Shown here: positions 35,655 to 45,672 of the stretch, one piece after another
Numbering within the stretch: position 1 is the stretch's first letter
Layout of the letters: every line of letters starts with the position of its first letter
Origin: Blepharisma stoltei ATCC 30299
Taxonomy: Eukaryota; Protista; Ciliophora
Assembly: GCA_965603825.1 (NCBI GenBank)
Contig: CBFDEM010000040.1
Span: forward strand, 62,001 to 126,000
Length of the DNA stretch: 64,000 nucleotides
Direction of reading: 5' to 3'
Program-made: the position numbers and the translations under genes
The notes under the pieces: generated by a model
Database searches by the model: none
What the model was told of the DNA's origin: nothing
The model's input: only the letters and a program-made list of their open reading frames with translations

Positions 35655-38069
35655 ATGACTGATATGGGACTTCTTGAGAAAGCAGAAATAGAGCTCTTAG
35701 ATAGCAGCATTGAAGTAATGTATATCTAGGATATAGAAGACAGCTTTAAAGAAGTTAGAGACTTGATCGCACTTAAAAGTGAAGAAATTGACATTCTAGC
35801 CCTGCTTCAAAGCTATTCACTACAAGGAGATCACAAGAAATTATCAAAAGGCCTAGTTTACGGGATTCTCATAGGCATGGATTGGCTTAAATACCTCCTT
35901 CCTACCTCTCGTGACAATTTTCAAACAGCCTGCATCACCTTAACTCAATTAATCCCTTACTTAAAATTCTCACAAAGAGCAATCTGACTTTTCACCCAGC
36001 TATGAAAACTAGACTCCCCTGCCTTTGCTGACATGTTTTTATCATTTATCCGAACCTTTGACCTTATTAACGAAATCAAGCCTGAGCTTGACTGAATTTC
36101 TAACCAGCCCTTAATTTCTTTGATTTTTTACAAAATTCTGCACCAGGCTTCACTCCTTGCAAATGACGGAAGTCCAATCCTTTTTGACTATGTCCAAGTC
36201 TTATCACAGATCTGGAGACGTAGAAAAGATGCGTGCTATGCTATAGGAAGAGACTTAATTAGGATTATCAGCTCTTTGGCTGAAGTAAATGGTATTGAAC
36301 ATATATGAAATGACCTATTTGCCCCTGGCAGAGATGGGAATCCTTTATATTGGACTTTACTTATGACTCCTACACATCCAAAATTCCATTCAATGCTGCT
36401 TTTGCCTTCAATAGAAGCAAGGCTTATTTATATAATAGAAAACGCTAATCAGACTAATTTTACGAGGTACCTCAAATGGATTTTAGATGAGCATGATGAG
36501 TGTATAATGCCAGATCTTGCAAGATTTATAGTGAATTTTCCTGCAAATCATGAAGGAATCCCTAGGTGGCAACTTATAGAGTGGCTTTTAGCATCAGCAA
36601 AAGACCATCATACACAAGCAAGCATAAAGCAGTCATTATCGTTTGACTGCTTATTTTTTAATCCTTTGCAAGATCAGCTTTATTCAATAGAGCCGATGAT
36701 GTCGCTTATAGGCTTTTCTTTAACACGATACCAAAGTGTATCTTTAGCTGAAGAGTTATTAGAATTTATGCTGACGTCAGCTGAAATGTATGATAAAAGG
36801 TCCACAAAAAAGGTTTTAAGGAATTTAAAAGAGTGCTTTAATGTCGCCTATACTCAAGGAATTTTCCCATCATTAGAAATGCTGAGCTCCGATGAGAGAA
36901 TTGATTCATTGATTAGGTCAAGAACTACAGATTTAAATGAAAATTATATGAATGGTATTGAGCCTGTGCTGTCTCCTCTGTGTGAAATTGAAGAAAAAAT
37001 AAATAATGAGCCTAGGGAGGTTATGAACTCGTTGGGGGCACTAGGGACTCAGTTTGCGAACGAGCCAACATTTGAGATTTTGTGCGAAGTTTTAGAAAAG
37101 CAAAGCCAAGTCACTGAAGATTTAGCTAACTATATACTAAAATGCTTGACAAATGAGCTGCTGCAGCCTCTTTCTAAAGAAATTCAAAAAAATTCTATTT
37201 TATCGCAGATTTTTTCACAAATTTCGCAGAGCCAAAAAATGAGAGAATTAACAAAATATTTAAATTCAGCTGAGCCAGCTGTAGGGATCCGTTTAGTGAT
37301 TTATTCTCTGCAAACAAATTCCACGCTTTACCTCCAATTTGATAGCCAGCTTGAAAGGGATCTAAAAATCTGTCTCCACGATAGCAATCAAGAAATACTG
37401 AGCTGGATATTCCCATTGGTTTTTGAAAACTTCCCTTCTATAATAACTCCAAATATAATCCATTTATACATACAAAATTCAGAAATACATACCATTTATC
37501 GGACCGAATTAGATTTATCATTAAAAAAATATACAATTTTTTCTGATAATTATGTCCAAATTCTTGAAAAATCAAAAGAATTTTCATCAATTGAGCAGGC
37601 GATTTTATGGAAACTTATTCAAGCAGAATTCAAGCCAGAAATGATAAGCAAAATTTTAGAGTACTTAAAAAGCTCTATTTCAGCTTGCGAACAATGGGAA
37701 AGCTTATCAGGGCTGCTAACTTATTTGTGTACACATATAAGTTATTTAAATGACGAGCACATAAAATTACTTTTACAGCTTCCTGCAAAAGTATTTAAAG
37801 TGACTGTTTATATTGTTTTTTCAAAGCTCCCTGGGAATTTAATTAAGGAAAATATCTTAGAAGGCCTGCGAAGATTCCAGTTCCATTCTCAGATAAATTT
37901 ATTTAAGCACTTAAAGCACTGGACTGAGCAGAAAGGGAAACTTAAAGACATTTTGAAAGAAAAGTCTATACAGGAAATGCTAATTCAGACGCTACAGTCT
38001 TTTGCATCAGACTATTTCAAGGAGTTTAATTGTTTATTGGAAAGTGGGAAGCAGCTTTATACTCTTTAA
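35655..38069 (+). CDS. INTS3: Integrator complex subunit 3 / SOSS-A-like protein (~799 aa)
   Basis: IGRDLIRII...HI-W(TGA)-NDL, PDLARFI, PRWQLIEWLL and SIEP motifs. Intron 35715-35729; TGAs at 35985, 36003, 36093 and 36306. Confidence 0.75.
35715..35729 (+). other. 15-nt spliceosomal intron
   Basis: gtaatgtatatctag; removal links ATG 35655 to the downstream frame. Confidence 0.8.
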
Positions 38070-38200
38070 TAATTACTGATAATTATGTTTGGAATAGGTT
38101 TAATTATTAAGTAATTGATATAAATTCTTATTTTATGAGTTATAACTGTTTTTATGCCATTTATGGAATCAAACTAATCTAAACTTATAAAACTGATAAT

Positions 38201-39706
38201 ATGGGATGTTTTGGATCAAAATCGAAGGTTTCGCCTCCAAAGTCAAACGATTCGTTAAAAGGACCTTCAAAAGAGGCGAACCCAGCTAGAATTACAAGAG
38301 AACACTCAGTTTCTAACTTCCAAAAAGAAAAAAAAATGCTTTCTGATTCAGAAGCCCTTTGTGATATTTATGAAATTCAAGAAGAAATAGCAGCTCTCCC
38401 ATATGGAAGAATTCGTAAATGCGTCCATAAGGCAACAGGGTTAGTCAGAGCTGTGAAAATAGTGAGGATTCCTAAAGAAAGCTCTCATATAAGTGAAAAA
38501 AGTATACAAAGAGAAGTTAAAGCAATAAGCAAGTTGGATCATCCAAATATTTTGAGAACTTATGATATAATAGCTGACCGTAAACGGTGCTTTATTATCA
38601 TGGAATATTGGGAAGGAGGTCTTTTAATAGACAAAATCAGAGAACTTCAATGCCTGACTCATGCTCAAGTATGCTCTATTGCAAAACAATTGTTGTCAGC
38701 AATTGCATATGCACATGAATTGAAAGTGATACATAGAGATTTGTCACCAAACTCTATTTGTTTGATGCAGAAAGGGAATGATCTTACAATAAAAATCCTG
38801 AATTTTGGCGTTTCTGCTTTTGTTGACTTAGAAAGAGAGTTTGAAAGCACCTTAGGGTCGTCTTATTATACAGCTCCTGAAGTAGAGGACGAATTTTATA
38901 ATGAGAAATGTGACGAGTGGAGCATAGGAGTTATTTTATTTTTGCTTTTAACGGGTAGGCCTCCATTTTCAGGAAAAAATAACTCAGAAATAAAGCAGAG
39001 TATTAGAAATACTTGTATTTCCCACTATTTTTTAGCCCAAAATAACATACCTGAAGGTGCTATTGATTTATTGCAAAAATTGCTAAATAAAGATTTTTTT
39101 ACCCGAATTTCAGCTTCTGAGGCTCTTTGTCACCCTTGGCTATCTGAAGGACTGACAAATAGCAATAAAGACCACGCAATGTTAAGGCCATGCTTTGACA
39201 ATTTGATGTCTTTTTGTGAGACTTCAAAATTGAAGGATGCTATACAAACTTTTATTGTCTCACAAATTGTTTGCCATTCTGATATTAAAACACTTAATGA
39301 TGCTTTTCAAGAAATTGATGAAAATCATGATGGGAAAATATCTCAGGAAGAACTTATAAAATATTATTCAATTGTAGCAGGAGGGTGCCAAGGAAGAGAA
39401 ATGGCTACAAAAATTATGAAAAATGTTGATACTGACCACAATGGGTTTATCGAATATACTGAGTTTCTAAGGGCAAGCGCTAGGAGTGACATGGTATGCT
39501 CAAAAAAGCATTTAGAAACTGCTTTTGCGATGCTAGACAAAGATCACAGTGGGAAAATATCAGTAAATGATTTACAAGAAATGCTAGCTGGCTCAGGATT
39601 AAATGAGCAAAAATCCTGGGAAGAAATTCTACACGAGGCTGACCAAAATGGCGATGGAGAAATCGATATTAAAGAATTCCGAGATCTTCTCCTTAAAAAA
39701 TTATAA
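38201..39706 (+). CDS. Calcium-dependent protein kinase (CDPK) with degenerate catalytic motifs
   Basis: MGC acylation start, kinase domain, junction and four EF-hands. HRDLSPNS and NFG replace HRDLKPEN and DFG. Confidence 0.9.
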   Translation: MGCFGSKSKVSPPKSNDSLKGPSKEANPARITREHSVSNFQKEKKMLSDSEALCDIYEIQEEIAALPYGRIRKCVHKATGLVRAVKIVRIPKESSHISEKSIQREVKAISKLDHPNILRTYDIIADRKRCFIIMEYWEGGLLIDKIRELQCLTHAQVCSIAKQLLSAIAYAHELKVIHRDLSPNSICLMQKGNDLTIKILNFGVSAFVDLEREFESTLGSSYYTAPEVEDEFYNEKCDEWSIGVILFLLLTGRPPFSGKNNSEIKQSIRNTCISHYFLAQNNIPEGAIDLLQKLLNKDFFTRISASEALCHPWLSEGLTNSNKDHAMLRPCFDNLMSFCETSKLKDAIQTFIVSQIVCHSDIKTLNDAFQEIDENHDGKISQEELIKYYSIVAGGCQGREMATKIMKNVDTDHNGFIEYTEFLRASARSDMVCSKKHLETAFAMLDKDHSGKISVNDLQEMLAGSGLNEQKSWEEILHEADQNGDGEIDIKEFRDLLLKKL

Positions 39707-39787
39707 TATATTAACAATTTTTAAATAAATTCTTTTTTATTAATTTTTAGCTCCTCTGATATAAAAATTCGCTTTTAATTAATTAGA

Positions 39788-40375
39788 TTAATAAGAACTC
39801 TTTTCTGAGCCATCTTCTTTTATTTCCATTGATTTAAATATTGAGTACACAACTCTTCCGACGTTTTCTTCATCGTCATCTAATACTTCAAAAGGGTTAT
39901 ATTTATGCCTATCCAATCAGTCTAAAAACAAATGAAAGCCGCCGATATATTTCTATATATTCCTTACAGCGTTTTCCCTGAACCTATAAAGGAACTCAAT
40001 AGTTCCTGTTACTTTTGGCTGTCCTTCTCTTGTTTTCCATGATGGCCATATCCCAATAGCAAATCTGCCAATTGATGCAAAAATAATTTCTATCATAATT
40101 TCGCTTCATGCTTTAGAGTTTGTTTGAATTCCTATTACTCTTACAAAGCTATGAACAGGGTCAATATCAATATCCTTGATACATTGCAACTCATATGGCA
40201 AATAGTCAAGCATTTTATGTTTGAGTTCTTGTAATGAGTGAACTGCTGGGAACATCCCAGTATAGTCAACTACCTTTACACATCCATCTGTAAAGTGGAA
40301 TTTTGAGAGACTTTGACTTGTGAGACCGTTACTGGCACGCTCACTGCATGAACAAACAGATCCATCAGCTCCCAT
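39788..40375 (-). CDS. Hypothetical protein (~190 aa), MG start
   Basis: ORF 40106..40375 extends via TGA 40106, intron 39953-39967 and TGA 39917 to TAA 39788. Confidence 0.65.
39953..39967 (-). other. 15-nt spliceosomal intron
   Basis: gtaaggaatatatag on the minus strand; matches the consensus and removes an in-frame TAG. Confidence 0.75.
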
Positions 40376-40479
40376 TTAAGTTGCTCAATATTTAAATATA
40401 AATGCAATTCTGAGGGATTTCGCTGTTATTATAAGCTTTTTTGGGATTTCTAAAGGAGTCTGTAATTGATTAATAAAAT

Positions 40480-41340
40480 ATGTCACAGCCGCCTCTTTTA
40501 TGGGAAACTCTTAAGAATCGCTTGCATCCTTCAGAAATTGAAGAAAGTTTGAGGGTTCTTGGTGAAGAAAAAATCGAGAGAAACCAAAGTGTAGCTAATG
40601 AGATTGCTCTTTTATTAGAGCTTTTCATTGAAATCCCTGACAAAAGTTTGTATTTTTCAGATTATCAAAAAAACATCGACATATATCTTAATCAGCTTTC
40701 CAAAAAAGCGAAAGACTTAGGGGTGGATTTATTAAATATAGTCCCGCTTTCAACACCACGAGATAAAGAAGTTTTTGACTTTTTAACTTCTCCCTGTTCC
40801 TCAAGACCTCAAACAGCAACTACAACGGATATTTCAATATCATATTCAGAGCAAGAAATCCTACCAGCTCATATCGATATTTTTTTCATAGAAGACCACG
40901 TAAAGCAGTTTCATGAAGCTTTCGACCAGGAGTATACATTTTTGCTGCAGCGAGCCAAAGATATCCAAGAAGATCTCATAAAACAGACTTCGACGCCAAC
41001 TCCAAACGAAATTAAAAAATTTTCAAAAAAACTGGAAACTGCTGTTATCAGCGACATTCATCCAGAAATGTTTAAGAGATCAAAAGGAGTTGAAATAGAA
41101 GAGACCAAAAAAGAAGAAAGTTTTAAGCTAGAAAAAGGGATTGAGCTGGATTTTGAAATCCCTATTGAGGAGTCAAAACCACAGTCTTGCAAGCCTAGAA
41201 TCCGAGTTATCAAAAAACCATCAAGACCTTCAACACCTGTACAAGTAGAAGTTGCCACAAAAGAGCCTCCACAAAGTCGAGGAAAACTGGCAAGAAGGCT
41301 AAGAGGGATTGTAAATGACCACAAGGACTGCATCCTTTAA
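40480..41340 (+). CDS. CCDC24-like protein (286 aa)
   Basis: N-terminus PLLWETLKNRLHPSEIEESLRVLGE...ANEIALLLEL resembles the CCDC24 family N-terminus as recalled. Confidence 0.6.
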   Translation: MSQPPLLWETLKNRLHPSEIEESLRVLGEEKIERNQSVANEIALLLELFIEIPDKSLYFSDYQKNIDIYLNQLSKKAKDLGVDLLNIVPLSTPRDKEVFDFLTSPCSSRPQTATTTDISISYSEQEILPAHIDIFFIEDHVKQFHEAFDQEYTFLLQRAKDIQEDLIKQTSTPTPNEIKKFSKKLETAVISDIHPEMFKRSKGVEIEETKKEESFKLEKGIELDFEIPIEESKPQSCKPRIRVIKKPSRPSTPVQVEVATKEPPQSRGKLARRLRGIVNDHKDCIL

Positions 41341-41385
41341 ATGAAACATTTGTTTTATATCAAAATAATATATTAAATCAAATAT

Positions 41386-43674
41386 CTATAGTTTTCTTTT
41401 CTTGGCTGGGGTGTCATTAGAACGCAGCACTCTTTTTTGTGGACTTGTGGGTTCTTCTACGGTTTCTTCATTTTCTTCAGCTTTCAGAGCTTCTTCAGTA
41501 TTGCGGGCTTGGGCCTTCATGAATTTCATAAAATTCATGAACCCGACAGACCCCATAAACATCATCTGGGCTGCCATCATCGGGTTCATCATGAAGTTTT
41601 TAAAAGCTGCCCATTGTTGAGGAGTCGGAGGTGGGATTCCTAAAGGATTTTTGGGGAAATTCGGAATTTCTTGTAGGTTTGGAGGGTTCGCAGAGCTTGG
41701 AGGGTTCCCAGAGATTTGAGGATTATCTAAATTGTTAGGAGGGACTGTTGGATTTGAAGGAATTGGAGGGTTTTGAGGAATTAAAGATGCTAGAGGACTT
41801 GGAGATGCCGCATGATTTATAAGAGTTGGAGGTTTCATAGGGCTTGGATTTTCTATAGGATTTGATGGATTAAAAGGGGTTACAGGATTTGAAGCAGCTG
41901 GAGAGTTAAAAGGATGCGGAAAAGTTGGAGGACTGAATGGGCTTGCAGAGTTTGGATTGGTAAAAGGGTTTGAAATCGGAGGCTTTATAGGGGCTGAGCT
42001 TGAAGGAGAAAACATTGCAGGGTTGAAAAAGCTTGGCATTTCTTGGGCTGCTTGACTTTTCAAGAAGTTTTGGAAAGAACTAGCCATGAATGAAGGGATA
42101 GGAGCTTTTGCTTGAGCTTGTGGAAATACTTCTTGCTTTATTTCAGGCTGGCTAGCTGGAGGAGGCTGAATTAACTCGGACTTATTATCCGTTTGTCCAG
42201 CTTCTGGCGAAGAAAATAATCCCGGCTGAGGTTCGCTTTGTCCAGGAGTTTGAAATTGTGGATTAATCCTGACATAAAGAGACATAGGGACTTGAGAATC
42301 TTCGTCAGGAATTGGGATGTTTATCAGATTATGCAGACTTGGCCTAATATCTGATATAAGTGACGTCACATCTTTGTCCATCGCCTCAAAAGTAGCAGTT
42401 TTTTCCAGGTCTTCAAGTTTTTTCTTAATTTCATCTTCTAATTCTGTGGGAATTTTTTCATCAAATTTTGTAATATCTGGTAATTTTTTAGCCTTTTTGT
42501 CAATTGCTTCATTTTTACTACTGGAAAAAGGAACCTCTGATATTTCAATATATGGATGTACAAAGCTTGGAATATTTTCATAGTCTTCTTCTTGTTGTTT
42601 TAGCTTGCTTTTGCGCTCTTTAGCTTTGGTATTTTGTTGATTTAACTTATAGCACCTTTGGTATGCTAAGCAGGCTTCCTGCTTTTGTTTGCATTGCTCA
42701 TAAATAATTCCCATGTTGAACCAGACCTCGTCGTTCTCTTGGTTGAATTCAGAAGCTTTCACAAAGCACTCGAAGGCGTCTTGAGGCTGATTGGATAAGG
42801 CGTATAAAATCCCTGTGCTTATCCAGTAAATGCAAACGCAAGGGTTTTTATATATTGCTTTCTGGAAAGCCTCTATCCCAGCCAAGAAATTTTTCATCTC
42901 CAGATGGCATCTTCCCATCAGATAATAAATATCTCCTGTTTCTTGGCAATTTTCCTTGGCAAATGCTAAAGCTTGCCCTAGCATCTCCAAGGCTTCCTGG
43001 TAAAACTTTTGATTCATCAGCGAAAATCCAATGTATTCTCTTACCTTAAAGCTGTTTTTGGCAATCTTCAACGCATCATAATAATTCTTAAATGCCTCGT
43101 TGAAATTGCCTTCAGATTCCCGGCAGCTTCCGATATTGCACATAGCTTGGATTTTTTTTGCAAAAGAAATTTTTGGGCACTGTATTGCATTATTGAAGAA
43201 GTTAATAGCAATTAAGAATTTCTTCTTTTGCTTATAAATTGCCCCAAGCTTATAAAGCACGTCATGCTTTTGGTCGAAGTTCGGGTCATATTTCAATACT
43301 GACTGAAAGGCAGATTCGGCATGTGTGAAGCTGTCGAATTTGCTGTAAAGGAGGCCTACTCCATACCAAAGGTGAGGATCTCTGCTGTCAGTACTTTTTT
43401 TGATAGCAGATTGATAGGCATTGAAACATTTGTGGTAATCTCCTTTAAGCAAATAGCAGTGGCCTAAGGCGATTCAGGCCTTCCCATTGTGAGTATCGAT
43501 CCGAACGATCTTTTCGTAATGCTGGATAGCTGACGCATAGTCGCATTGGCTTGTATAACGATGAGCTAAGTCGCTTAGAATATGAACATTATTCGGGTTT
43601 TTAAACAGCTCTGATTCTAATCGTTTGATTTCTTCGAGTCCAAATGCTGGTCCACTCATAAATTTTATAACCAT
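41386..43674 (-). CDS. Ssn6/Cyc8 (UTX-type TPR) corepressor-like protein with Pro/Asn-rich tail
   Basis: NGKA-W(TGA 43474)-IALGHCYLL, DPHLWYGVGLLY, YLMGRCH and YWISTGILY TPR motifs. Start at 43674 or 43659. Confidence 0.8.
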
Positions 43675-44440
43675 ATTTCAGGTTAAATTGACCATTAAAG
43701 GCGTAATTAACTAACAGAATGTTTAACAAAAAATTATGCCTTAATGAGAGTTAATATTTTTCAAAGCTATACAAATTTTTATATGAGAATTTGTTGGGAA
43801 AAAATGAATCGGTTTAAAATTATCATCTATTACCCAAGACAGATTGAGTTTGCTGTGCCATCAAGCTTCAATCAATCTTGAAACTACGATGCCATTTATG
43901 TCCAGAATTATACATTTTATTGTTAAAATTAAATTTTTTCCAATTTTTAAGAATAAAAATTTTTGGCTTTTGGGCGTAAGCCCATATAAGTATTCTTAAA
44001 GAAAAGTTTGAGAAGCAAAAAGTTTATCAAACAACCTTACAAATTCAATCAGATAAATTGCAGCATACAATAAAGCTGAAATTAGTAGAATTAAAATCAA
44101 CTTAATATATGCTTCTCCAATTAAGAAAAATTTTATTCCTCAAAGTATTTTTACACGTGGAGGAATATTATAATTTTGTATGATTTTTGACACTTTAAAC
44201 ATCCGGCAAAAAATTAGCATATTGAATGGATTAATAGAAAGGAAGGGAAATAAACAAGCCGCCTAATTTCCTTAAGAAACTTCCTTTCTTATAATTGATG
44301 CTCTAAGTTTTGCTTGTTAGTTTTTATTGCTTCTTTTCCGTATTATCAATATTATAAAATCTTTAAACCTTTATACGCTTCTTTAAGATTTTATAGAGAA
44401 TTGCCATAAAAACAATTATCAAAATTAAAATTTTATTTGG

Positions 44441-44990
44441 AATAAATTTCGATTTAGCAGCATTACCGAGATCTGGTTTATAAAAACTGTATTTTATGGG
44501 CGAAGGCTTTGCAACCCATTGAACGAGTTAATATCCCAATAGCACTTTTGATCGTGCAATAAATTATTAGAGGATTTATTAGACATGCAAAGCAATGCAG
44601 ATGGAAAAGAGAATGTCAGTCCGAAAGGGAACACAAGCCATTGAGCCTGCTTTAAAGTTTGCAGATTAACGTGAAATTTTTCAAGCAGCTTTAATAAGTT
44701 CACGATAGCTGAAAGAATAAATAAAACTGCTGAATCCAGTTCGCTAATGAGGTAAAAATAACTATTAAAATGTTTATAAAAACTTGACAAATTAATTGAT
44801 TCAATCAATTTAAATTACGCTGAATCTTAGCTAATTTATTCAGAAAATAATGTTTTTAAAACTGCAAAATCAAGAAGTTATGGTGAAATTGACGATTATC
44901 AACCTATGAAGATCATTTTTGCAAGAATATTTTAAAACTAATGTTTTCACAATATAATATTTGCTTAGAACTGATGTGATTATGCATTTT
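44441..44990 (+). pseudogene. Decayed duplicate of the 5' ~600 nt of the adjacent ABCA gene
   Basis: Collinear similarity to 45670-46270 (cattaccgag..tataaaaactg.attttatgg; ttgagcctgct..aagttt.cagatta; tatggtgaaa.tgacg). ATG>ATT, TGG>TAG and indels. Confidence 0.85.
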
Positions 44991-45672
44991 GATAAAAATA
45001 TTGATAGGTATAAAATATTTTGGTATTTCTTAAACGAATAATAACGGCTTTAAGAGGTCCAGTTTCTTTTCTATTAATAGAGTAGCGCAAATATATGTGT
45101 GACTAGTGCCATATAGTTTTAGCGGCTTTCGCTTTTATTATTTTTATTAAAATTTTGCAGTTTTTGTGTCGAGATATAAATTAAATTAATTAAAACTGCA
45201 AATTGGCAGAAAGAAAAGGTTTTTTAAAAATAATTGTATTTTTTAAGGATGAATCTGATTTAATGTTTTTAGTAGTTAAGAAAAATCATATTAGATAGAA
45301 TGGGATAATAAAAACTTAGAAAACCATAAATATTATAATTTTTCAGATCTTGCTAAATAAGTTAGAGCCATTTGCCATTATAAATTATTGCTCATTTGCT
45401 TAAATACCGTATAATTTTCTAAGAAAGCTGCTTTTATTATCATGTCTCTTTCCTTATTTTAGCATAATTGCTTAGTTTCTATTTAGAGTAACTCATATTA
45501 GCCATATTTATAATTATATATTTAAATAAACATAGTTAGGAATAAATAAAATTTGATCCGTTAAAAAATTCACTAACTCCTTTCTGGTAACTATTTTGAA
45601 CAAATTAAACTTATCTCAATTATACGAAAAAATGTATAGCAGAAATTCTCGAATTTCTCCTTTCTAACATAA

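Noticed and set aside
44494-44808. 104-aa minus-strand ORF in the long spacer
   Set aside because: TTG start, no recognisable motif, and it is antisense to the ABCA 5' relic.
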